Of a DNA stretch of 64,000 bases, positions 34,356 to 45,300 are shown one piece after another. The translations under genes were made by a program, and so were the position numbers. Within the stretch, counting starts at the first letter, position 1; each line of letters starts with the position of its first letter. The notes beneath the pieces are model-generated. The model was not told the origin of the DNA, did no database searches, and was given only the letters and a program-made list of their open reading frames with translations. This stretch comes from a virus, in the IMG/VR virus record IMGVR_UViG_3300035034_000461, positions 8,746-72,745 of that record, one strand, 5' to 3'.

Positions 34356-34592
34356 ATGCAAGACAAACCAAAGACATTCCGCAATTCTAAAGGTGAACAA
34401 GAAACCATCAAATGGCCAAAGGGTAAAGTCATTTCCAATGTGGGAGACGTTTATCTTATTCAACAAAGTAAGCACTTATTTGCCACCGTTTACGGATTGG
34501 AAGTGAAAGAAGGGTTTATATTAGACGACGCTATTTCATCCTTTGGATATTCCGCATATCATCAAGCGGAATGCGAAGGACTCACTAAGTAA
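34356..34592 (+). CDS. hypothetical protein
   Basis: MQDKPKT start shared with 39305. Confidence 0.6.
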   Translation: MQDKPKTFRNSKGEQETIKWPKGKVISNVGDVYLIQQSKHLFATVYGLEVKEGFILDDAISSFGYSAYHQAECEGLTK

Positions 34593-34613
34593 AAACTAGA
34601 ATACAATAAGGAC

Positions 34614-35225
34614 ATGAAAACAATCACCCAACAACTAAACGCTAAAGACTTTCCGTATATCATCAAAGATAAAGACGGTAATCAAACTTACTACGAAGAT
34701 ACGTACGGATTTTGGAACAAACGAGAATTCGATAAAAACGGCAATCAGACTTACTACGAAGATTCGACGGGATATTGGGACAAACGTGAATATGATTCGA
34801 ACAGTAACCAAACTTACTTCAAAATTTCGACATCTGGCGTTATCATCGATAACAGACCAAAGACAAACTCAGAGTTCCTGCCAAACCCCTTCGCATCAAA
34901 GAATATTATAAAAACAATCGCACAACAACTAAGCGTCACAGACTTTCCGTTTCGTATCAGAGATAAGAACGGGAAAGAAACTTACCACGAAGATTCAGAC
35001 GGATATTGGTTCAAACGAGAATTCGATAAAAACGGGAAACAGACTTACTACGAAATTTCGACGGGATATTGGATTAAACGTGAATTTGATTCGAACGGCA
35101 ATCAAATCTACTTCGAAGATTCCCACGGAGGTATCATCGATAACAGACAAAAGAATACTTTCACCATCAAGGAATTCGCAGACAAGCTTGGAGTTGCCGT
35201 AGAAACCCTGCAAATCAAAGACTGA
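34614..35225 (+). CDS. MKTIAQQL-family fused double unit
   Basis: same linker as 33660. Confidence 0.9.
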   Translation: MKTITQQLNAKDFPYIIKDKDGNQTYYEDTYGFWNKREFDKNGNQTYYEDSTGYWDKREYDSNSNQTYFKISTSGVIIDNRPKTNSEFLPNPFASKNIIKTIAQQLSVTDFPFRIRDKNGKETYHEDSDGYWFKREFDKNGKQTYYEISTGYWIKREFDSNGNQIYFEDSHGGIIDNRQKNTFTIKEFADKLGVAVETLQIKD

Positions 35226-35228
35226 TAT

Positions 35229-38200
35229 ATGAAAACAATTGCACAACAACTAAACATCAAAGACTTTCCATTCAAGATCAAGGATAAGAACGGTAAAGAA
35301 ACTTACTACGAAGATTCTGACGGATATTGGAACAAACGTGAATATGATTCGAACGGGAAAGAAACTTACTTCGAAGATTCGACGGGATATTGGATTAAAC
35401 GTGAATACGATTCGAACGGCAACATCAATTACTCCAAAAATTCCGGAGGGTATTGGGTAAAATACGAACACGATTCGAACGGCAATGAAATTTACTACGA
35501 AAATTCGACAGGACATATCATCGATAAAAGACCAAAGACAACTTTCACCATCAAGGAATTCGCAGACAAGCTTGGAGTTGCTGTAGAGAGTCTAAGGATC
35601 AAAGGGTAAAAACTAGGATATACTGAGGACATGAAAACAATCGCCCAACAACTAAACATCACAAGCTTTCCGTTCATCATCAAGGATAAGAACGGGAAAG
35701 AAATTTACCACGAATATTCCGACGGACATTGGGCAAAATACAAATACGATTCAAACGGCAATCAAACTTACCACGAAGATTCGACATTTGGCGTTATCAC
35801 CGATGACAGACCAAAGACTACTTTCACCATCAAGGAGATCGCCGAGAAGCTTGAGAAGCTTGAGAAGCTAGTAGTTGCCTTAGAAACCCTGCAAATCAAA
35901 GACTGATATATGAAAACCATCGCACAACAACTAAACGTTACTGACTTCCCGTTCATCATCAAAGATAAAAACGGCAATCGAATCTACTTCGAATATTCAG
36001 ACGGATATTGGTTCAAATACGAATACGATTCGAACAGTAACCAAACTTACTACGAAATTTCGACGGGATATTGGAGCAAACGAAAATCTAATAAGAACGG
36101 GAAAGAAACATACTACGAAGATTCGACGGGGTATTGGCGTAAACGAGAATATGATTCGAACAGTAACCAAACTTACTACGAAAATTTAGACGGATTCTGG
36201 ATCAAACGGGAATACGATTCAAACGGCAATCAGACTTACTTCAAAAATTCAGACGGATATTGGGCAAAATACGAATACGATAAGGACGGTAATCAAGTTT
36301 ACTCCGAAGATTCCGATGGAATCATCGTCGATAGAAGACCAAAGGTCACTTTCACCATGAAGGAAATCGCCGAGAAGCTTGGAGTTGCCGTAGAAACCCT
36401 GCAAATCAAAGACTGATATATGAAAACAATTGCACAACAACTAAGCATTAAAGACTTTCCGTTTATCATCAAGGATAAGAACGGCAATCGAATCTACTTC
36501 GAATGTTCCGACGGGTATTGGGTAAAACGGGAATACGATTCAAAGGGCAAAGTAATTTACTGCGAAGATTCCGAAGGATATTGGGTAAAACGCGAATACG
36601 ATTCTAACGGTAATAAGACTTACTTCGAAAATTCACATAAAACCATTATCAACAACAGACCAAAGACTACTTTCACCATGAAAGAAATCGCCCAGAAGCT
36701 TGGCGTTGCTATAGAAGCCCTTCAAATCAAAGACTAATATTATGAAAACAATTGCACAACAACTAAGCATTAAAGACTTTCCATTTATTATCACAGATAA
36801 AGACGGCAATCAGACTTACTCTGAAGATACTTACGGATTTTGGAACAAACGAGAATATGATGAAAACGGTAAAGAAACTTACTTCGAAAATACGACGGGA
36901 TATTGGAGCAAACGAGAATACGATAAAAACGGTAAACAAACTTACTCCGAAAATTCCAAAGGACTTTGGATCAAACGAGAATATGATTCAAAGGGCAAAG
37001 AAACTTACTCCGAAGATTCCAACGGATTTTGGATCAAACGAGAATACGATAAAAACGGTAAAGAATCTTACTACGAAAATTCCGATAGAGGAATCATCGA
37101 CAACAGACCAAAGAAGCATGTCACTCTCACCATGAAAGAAATCGCCCAGAAGCTTGGCGTTGCTATAGAAACCCTGCAAATCAAAGACTAATATTATGAA
37201 AACAATTGCACAACAACTAAGCATTAAAGACTTTCCGTTTATCATCAAGGATAAGAACGGTAAACGAACTTACTCTGAAGATTCATACGGATATTGGTTC
37301 AAACGAGAATATGATAAAAACGGTAAACAAACTTACTCCGAAGATTCCAACGGATTTTGGAGCAAACGAGAATACGATTCGAACGGAGGTCTAAGCTACT
37401 TCGAAAATTCCAACGGATATTGGTCAAAATACGAATACGATTCGAACGGCAATGAAATCTACTGCGAAGATTCATATGGATATATCATCGATAACAGACC
37501 AAAGAATACTTTCACCATCAAGGAGATCGCCGAGAAGCTTGGAGTTGCCGTAGAGAGTCTAAGGATCAAAGGGTAAAAACTAGGATATACTGAGGACATG
37601 AAAACAATTGCACAACAACTAAGCGTCACAGACTTTCCGTTTCGTATCAACGATAAGAACGGCAATACGATCTACTTCGAAAATTCAGACGGATTTTGGG
37701 TAAAATACGAATTTGATAAAAACAGCAATCAGACTTACCACGAAAATTCAGACGGATATTGGTCCAAATTCGAATATGATAAGAACGGGAAAGAAACTTA
37801 CCACGAAAATTCATATGGATATATCATCGATAATAGGCCAAAGGTCACTTTCACCATGAAGGAACTCGCAGACAAGCTTGGAGTTGCTGTAGAAACCCTG
37901 CAAATCAAAGACTGATATATGAAAACCATCGCCCAACAACTAAGCATTAAAGACTTTCCGTTTATCATCAAAGATAAAAACGGGAAACAAACTTACTTCG
38001 AAAATTCCGACGGATATTGGGTAAAACGGGAATACGATTCAAAGGGCAAAGTAATTTACTGCGAAGATTCCGAAGGATATTGTTACAAATTCGAATACGA
38101 TTCGAACGGCAAAGAAATTTACTCCGAAGATTCCGATGGATTCTGGTCCAAATACGAATACGATTCGAACGGCAATCAGACTTACTACGAAGATTCAGAC

Positions 38201-38638
38201 GGATATATCATCGATAACAGACCAAAGAATACTTTCACCATCAAGGAGATCGCAGACAAGCTTGGAGTTGCCGTAGAGAGTCTAAGGATCAAAGAGTAAA
38301 AACTAGGATATACTGAGGACATGAAAACAATCGCCCAACAACTAAACATTAAAGACTTTCCGTTCATCATCAAGGATAAGAATGGCAATCTAATTCACTC
38401 CGAATATTCAGGCGGATATTGGGTAAAATTCGAATACGATTCAAAGGGCGATCAGACTTACTGCGAAGATTCAGACGGATTCTGGATTAAATGGGAATAC
38501 GATTCGAACGGCAATCAAATCTACTACGAAAATTCCGATGGATATATCATCGATAACAGACCAAAGAATACTTTCACCATCAAGGAGATCGCAGACAAGC
38601 TTGGAGTTGCCGTAGAAACCCTTCAAATCAAAGACTGA
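35229..38638 (+). CDS. nine tandem MKTIAQQL-family paralogs (35229..35609, 35631..35906, 35910..36416, 36420..36737, 36742..37191, 37196..37576, 37598..37915, 37919..38299, 38321..38638)
   Basis: conserved caps, variable number of 63-bp repeats. Confidence 0.92.
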
Positions 38639-38642
38639 TATT

Positions 38643-38894
38643 ATGAAAACAATTACACAAGACATTCTCAAAGCTTCTCGTATCCAAACCATCTACGAAG
38701 ATGTGGATGGTAAGATTACAATCGAAGATATGGACGCCGTGGTCGGAGGGGGATTGGATGAATTTTATATTATCGTATCCGGTGAGTATCTAACCATTGA
38801 CATCTACCCTAGCGACATCGCAAGAGTGTTGGGGGATATGATCATCTTTGATAAAGTATCTGATTATACTAATATCGTATTGCGTCTATATTAA
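38643..38894 (+). CDS. hypothetical protein with MKTITQ start fused to an unrelated body
   Basis: first codons match the paralog N-cap, the rest is unrelated. Confidence 0.6.
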   Translation: MKTITQDILKASRIQTIYEDVDGKITIEDMDAVVGGGLDEFYIIVSGEYLTIDIYPSDIARVLGDMIIFDKVSDYTNIVLRLY

Positions 38895-38962
38895 ACGAAA
38901 GACTTGATACTTCGATTCCAGTCGGATATATCACTTTATAAAAACTAGAATACAATAAGGAC

Positions 38963-40149
38963 ATGAAAACAATCGCACAACAACTAAACATCAAAGACTT
39001 TCCGTTTATTATCACAGACAAAGACGGTAATCAAACTTACTCCGAAAATTCCAACGGATTTTGGAGCAAACGTGAATATGATTCGAACAGTAACCAAACT
39101 TACCACGAAAATTCGACGGGATATTGGCACAAACGAGAATTCGATAAAAACGGTAAAGAAACTTACTTAGAAATTTCAACATCTGGCGTTATCATCGACA
39201 AAAGACCAAAGGTAACTCTCACACTACAAGAAATCGCTGAAAAGCTTGGAGTTGCTGTAGAGAGTCTAAGGATCAAAGAGTAAAAACTAGAATAGACTAA
39301 GGACATGCAAGACAAACCAAAGACAACTCAGAACCCCTTCGCATCAAAGACTATTATGAAAACAATCACACAACAGCTAAACGTCAAAGATTTTCCGCTT
39401 ATCATTAAAGATAATAAAAAAACTCACTCCGAAGATTCAGATAGATCTTGGATCAAACGAGAATATAATTCGGAAGGATACCTAACTTTCTCCGAAGACC
39501 GAACAGGATACTGGATCAAACGAGAATATAATTCGGAAGGTTTCGAGACCTTCACGATAGATTCAAATACGTCTTGGATCAAACGAGAATATGATTCGGA
39601 AGGTAAGGAAATCTACTCCAGAAATTCAGCCGACGAGATCATCGACAACAGACCATAGACAACTTGGAGTTGATATTAAAACCCTCCGCATTAAAGACTA
39701 ATAATATGAAAACAATCGCGCAACAACTAAACATTAAGGACTTTCCGTTTATCATCAAGGATAAGAACAGTAAACAAACTTACTTCGAAGCTTCGTACGG
39801 ATATTGGGTTAAGCGTGAATACGATAAGATCGGTAACCAAACTTACCACGAAGATTCGAAGGGATATTGGAGCAAACGAGAATTTGATTCGAACGGTAAA
39901 CGAACTTACTACGAAGATTCCAACGGATATTGGAGCAAACGTGAATATGATTCGAACAGTAACCAAACTTACTACGAAAATTCGAAGGGATATTGGAGCA
40001 AACAAAAATTTGATAAAAACGGTTTCGAAACTTACTACGAAAATTCAGACGGCGTTATCATCGACAACAGGCCAAAGGTAACTTTCACTATCAAAGAGAT
40101 CGCAGACAAGCTTGGAGTTGCTGTAGAGAGTCTAAGGATCAAGGAGTAA
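38963..40149 (+). CDS. three MKTIAQQL-family paralogs (38963..39283, divergent and truncated 39305..39658, 39706..40149)
   Basis: paralog architecture; C-cap remnant LGVDIKTLRIKD after 39658. Confidence 0.85.
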
Positions 40150-40281
40150 ATCTAGGATAGACTATATAATTTTGAAGTTATGCCAAGATTTGAATCATAC
40201 TCACAAGGTCACCATAGAATCAAAGAGGGCTTTGCAGTTGAAGGCATTTTCGAACGGTAAAAACTAGGATATACTGAGGAC

Positions 40282-41541
40282 ATGACAGCAACCGACATTA
40301 AAAATTTACTCGCGGACATTGTTCCAAACGCTCATGTAATTATCAAGGAGAAACAATGCCTCGGTAGTTCATATATCGCAATACACATTGCAGCAAGTGA
40401 TTATCTTATTAACGATGTAAGGGGACAATTCCCCGCGCATGTTTCTCTATCCTTTGACCCAAAGACTCTGGAACTTGGGGTGCAAATCTTTGGAGGGATG
40501 GGAGGGCAATCAATTTATCGCAATATTGACCCTACAATCGACAAGGAACGTCATAATGTTCTGGGACGCATCAGGCTACCTTTCCGCCGTCCTATGGCCA
40601 ATCCTGAGGCAATCAAACGGGCAATCTCCAAGTTTGCAGAGAATTGGAAGAAAGCAATTAAAGACAATATGGAACTTATGCGGTTTATTGATAAAGTGGA
40701 TTACGAGAAAGCCATTTCGTAAAAACTAGGATAGAATAGGGACATGACAAAGCAATACACCGTTTCAACCAAATTACAAAGCAACGACAAGCTTTTCCCT
40801 TTCGCGGGGATGATTAATAACGTTAAAGTTGTATCGTGTCAAACCGATCAAAACGCTATGGAAGGCGCGGAAAGAATCTTAAAAGTCTTACAAGATTGCA
40901 AAGCTGGCTTAAGAGACTCAAGCGGCAGTGGAATCGACATTGATAAACTTGACAAAGCACTTGGCAATCGGTAAAAACTAGCGTAAACTGAACCTATGCA
41001 AGACATGATCATTACCCTTCCCAAAGAATTGAAGAAATCCATGGACAAAGGATATCTGGAAGTGGAATCTTTGGTGGTTTTCCTTTTTGTGGAAAAAGGA
41101 TTCTCCAATCCATTGGGTAAGAAATTCAGAGATACCGCATTGCGAGACTTAACCAAAGATGGGCGTCATATTCGTAGTTGCTCAATCGATGCAGAAACGG
41201 GAGATATGCACATAAAGTTTGCGTAAAAACTAGGATACAATAACACTATCATGAAAAACAAGACATTCTACATGTTTATCGGAGATAACGATAACCAATT
41301 GAAAAATAAGAGTAAGCGATTTGTCGTCTTAGCTGATACTATCAAGGATACTAATCAAGCACAATTCATTGGAGTGGTGGTTGCAACTAATAAGAAAGCC
41401 GCGCATTCAATTGGAGAGGAAAGTTACAATTGGGGAAACCCTTTGTATGACATGGCGCGTGGGAGTTATCCGCCCTTTGTTCCTGTTTCCTCTGAGTTCA
41501 TTCTAGCCAACTTTGATAAGAGCAATCTTAGTAAAAACTAG
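40282..41541 (+). CDS. early hypothetical proteins (40282..40722, 40744..40974, 40996..41226, 41251..41541)
   Basis: each follows a promoter element. Confidence 0.65.
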
Positions 41542-41707
41542 AATAGACTAAGGACATGCTAATCAAATACACATACACAGTAGAAGTGAAAGATTCCATG
41601 AAATTGTGGATAGCGTGTTGAGGGTGGGATAGAGGAATATGGGGGGATAAAAACTAGGATAGAATAATATCATGACAACGATCTGAATACTGAAATATAA
41701 CACTTTC

Positions 41708-41782
41708 GCGCTTGTAGCTCAAGGGTAGAGCAAACGACTCATAATCGTTAGGTTACTGGTTCGAATCCAGTCGGGCGCACCA
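41708..41782 (+). tRNA. tRNA-Ile2(CAT)
   Basis: GCGCTTG...AACGA CT CAT AA TCGTT...TTCGAAT...CGGGCGC A CCA; GACTCATAATC loop as in bacterial ileX-type tRNA. Confidence 0.9.
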
Positions 41783-42102
41783 CTTTATAAAAACTAGGAT
41801 AGAATAATATCATGACAACGCAACAATACATCACGCCAACGCAACAATACCTACTAGATCTTTATCATGAATATTGTAATGACTTCCTCACAATCGCTTT
41901 CATGGCGGAAAAAAAGGAAATCAGTCCTGAAACTCTCAAATCAATGGTGGATGAAGGGCGTAAAATTTCCTTGGAAATCAGTGCGCTTTAAATTGACTCT
42001 GACTCTAGGGAGAAAAAGCTTGTAGCCCTTTGAATATAAGGGTTTGTAAAAATAGACAATCGGCTATAAATATTATAAAAACTAGGATAGACTGATATCA
42101 CC

Positions 42103-42351
42103 ATGAAGCCACCTAGAAATATCCCACGGACTGGGTGGAAGCTCCCATCTCATTGCTTGGGTTGTAATGCTGCTGATAGTTTTTATATACAATTAGTAAA
42201 AAGCTCTCAAATGATCCATGGAGAAGAAACTTCATACCAAACTAAGAAGTATGTATGCCACCATTGTGGAGCCTCCGTCCTTTCCCCCGATCAGATTAGT
42301 CAAGGCGTGAAAGATGCGGTCTTAGCATACCAGCGAAGTGTAGGATTATAA
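42103..42351 (+). CDS. MqsA/YgiT-type zinc-ribbon protein
   Basis: CLGC ... CHHCG with MqsA-like spacing. Confidence 0.6.
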   Translation: MKPPRNIPRTGWKLPSHCLGCNAADSFYIQLVKSSQMIHGEETSYQTKKYVCHHCGASVLSPDQISQGVKDAVLAYQRSVGL

Positions 42352-42375
42352 AAACTAGGATATACTGATATCACC

Positions 42376-45300
42376 ATGAACGACATCACTTCGACCATAA
42401 CATCTGAGAAGATTAAAATATCCATTGGAACTCATACCAGTATCCTTAATGAGACTACTCTCAATAAGATTAATAAGGATGATATTATCAAATCACTTAG
42501 ATCTTTGAAAGATAAGTGCAAAGCATCCAATGTAACCTTGCGAGGATATAACAAAACGCTTGCATTTATTAAAGATAATTATTCAGCTTATCTCAGTGAA
42601 TATAGACATAGACAATTCTTATTCGATGAAGTACGCGTAAAGGCTCAAAACATGCTAGAATCATCAGAGGATGGCGTTCTAGACGCTGAAATGCAAAAGG
42701 AATGCACGACTACTAGAAATGAGATGCTAAGCTTAAATTGGCGTTCTACGCTCCTTTCTAAGTTTAATGGTCTTTCTTATAAACTTGAAGGATATGAAAA
42801 CAAAAACCTATCAGACTTCACCATGATATATATCGGACAATAAACCATTCTCAATAAGCCTTTCTAGCCCTAGGGAGAGAGAGGCTGCATCCCTTTAACT
42901 ACGGGGAAACGTGAAAATACTCTTATTGAGACTGATCTATTAGGACATTATAAAAACTAGAGTAAGATAATACCATGACCATAAAGGAAATACTAGCGAC
43001 AATCGGACTAATCGTGCTTATCCTATTCACAATTTGGGTGGACAACCAATGGGAAGTTAAGCCAACCGAAGTTCATTCCCCTATTCATAAAAACTAGGAT
43101 AAGATATTACTACCATGAAACACTCATTATTCACTCAATCATACAAAGGTTTATATATTCATTCACATTGCAACGGGGAAAATTCAATCGTTCAATGCAC
43201 CATGCCTTTCAAGAATCTACGTGGTAAGTCCGTGGAGAATATGAAACGCCGTATTAGAAATGAGATCAAGAGAACGATGGAATTCGTCACAGAAGAAAGC
43301 TTTTTAAGACTTCCAAACGACTTGAATGGCAATCCTCGCTACTATCTTTCATCTCAGGATACTACTGAAAAGCTTGCAAGGGAAGCTGGCGGGACTATGT
43401 ATCGCGGGAACAGATATGGCGCGGGATGGGTATTCTCGACGTATAACCTTCGCGGGACAGTTACAACTCTAAACGCATAACCCTTGGACATTACACTAAT
43501 TTTAGCGATTATCGTTCTGGGATGCGTCGGGCTGTATGTCATTGCTGGGATTATCCTACTGATATTCATCTTTAAGTAAAAACTAGAGTAAACTGGTAAC
43601 ATGACCAAGACAATGAAACACGACATGAGCCTAAGATTCCGCGCTAAGGAAAAGCAACTTAGGCGCAATGCTAAGATTCTCTTGAAGGATATTTTCGGAT
43701 TTGCTACCCTCAAGGAAGCTCGTCAATGGCTCATTGATCATTCTAAAGATGGGTATTGCATACTAAAAAAGGATGGCGTGGAAGTCTTCTATGCGTCCAA
43801 TTGTCGCCCCGGTTATAAGTTTCAAATGGGAGGAAATCACAAGGGAATTTTCGTATCGACACCTTTTTAAAAACTAGAGTAAACTGGTAACATGACCAAC
43901 GCCATGAAATACTCCATCAGAATCACGCACAACGATCCGTCATTAGGCGAACAAGTCTTTTTCTTGTTATATAACAATCGCACCTCTTGGGGTATTGTCA
44001 CGGCTGGGAAACATCTCAGAAGCTACCTCGCAGTATGCGGAAACGACTACACTGCCGTGATTGAAGAAGCCTAAGACTTTTTAAAAACTAGAGTAAACTG
44101 GTAACATGACCAAGACAATGAAATACTATATCGCAGCATACACACTCCGCAAAGATGGGGAAGAGGAGGAAGTCATCCTTTTTGAAGACGCAAATTGGTC
44201 TGATGTCCTAGTTAAAAAATGGAACGAGTTATACGAAAATTTCAAGTTCGGAGATAAGACAATTCGAGGATGGTATTCCGATGAACATCAGACCCGCCTG
44301 ATTTGTAGCCATCGATCCGAATAAGACTTTTTAAAAACTACAACATACTACCCATATATGAAACTTAAAATGGACATTAACGGCAACAAGACTCTTTACA
44401 TTCTTCGTGGTGACAAGACTCTCCGCATTCAAACCAATGGCAACCTTCCTAAGACTCACAGAGACGGGATTGGATCATGGACTGAAGCAGAGGTCGATGC
44501 GTATCACAGGAGCATCTTTCTAAGCCTTTATAAAAACTAAGCTAAACTGATACTGCCATGAGAAAAGTAACACAACAAGCAGCAGCCGCCTTTCACGGCT
44601 CCCGCAAATTCAAAAGCGGAGCAACGCAAGTCAATCCCCGCCTAGGAGGAGTCGAGCTAGTCCTTCACGGTAGCGTGATTGCCCGTGAGATCGATGGAGG
44701 GGGGCTTTCAGTCAATCTCTGCGGCTATCCCACCAAAGTCACCCGCGAACGTCTCAATAGCCTTCACGGCGTCTCAATCTCTCAAGATAAAGGCATTCAA
44801 TATCTCAATGGAGAGGTAATGCCCGAAAATGGCTGGGTGAAAATTTCATAGGTGCGTCATGGCAAAGTCCCCTCTCTTGGGTGGTTCTAAGAGAGGGGCG
44901 ACCATGTCACTTTATAAAAACTACAATATACTGATACCATGACTAAGACCATGAACCCACTAGAAACATTCATCCTACCAGAAACATTCATCGATTACAG
45001 CGGCAATCCACGCGCTACGGATTTCCCTAAAGGGAAGCTTATATTCAACGATGGCGATATTTACTTGTTCGGTATGGCAAACGATTACACGATCGTATAT
45101 ACTTCAACCATTCAAGAAACGTTCACGCGCCTATCTTATGCCATGGCAAGGGCAAAGGTGGTAACTCTGCAAGATCATCAGGCCAAGTGCGAAGCAAGCA
45201 TGAAGTTGAGCGGCTTTCGCTAAGGAGAATGACACGTTATAAAAACTACAATATACTGATACCACTTTGAAAACTGTAAACTTAAAAAAGCACGTATGGG

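Noticed and set aside
25876-40081. Recurrent antisense and alternate-frame ORFs over the paralog arrays
   Set aside because: They are shadows of the repeated coding sequence and have no independent start signals.
33660-40149. Diversity-generating retroelement as the source of paralog variation (many variable codons are NNC or NNT)
   Set aside because: No reverse transcriptase or non-coding template repeat in the window. Adenines at synonymous sites (GGA, GAA, AAA) stay mostly fixed, unlike DGR mutagenesis. A DGR elsewhere in the genome cannot be excluded.
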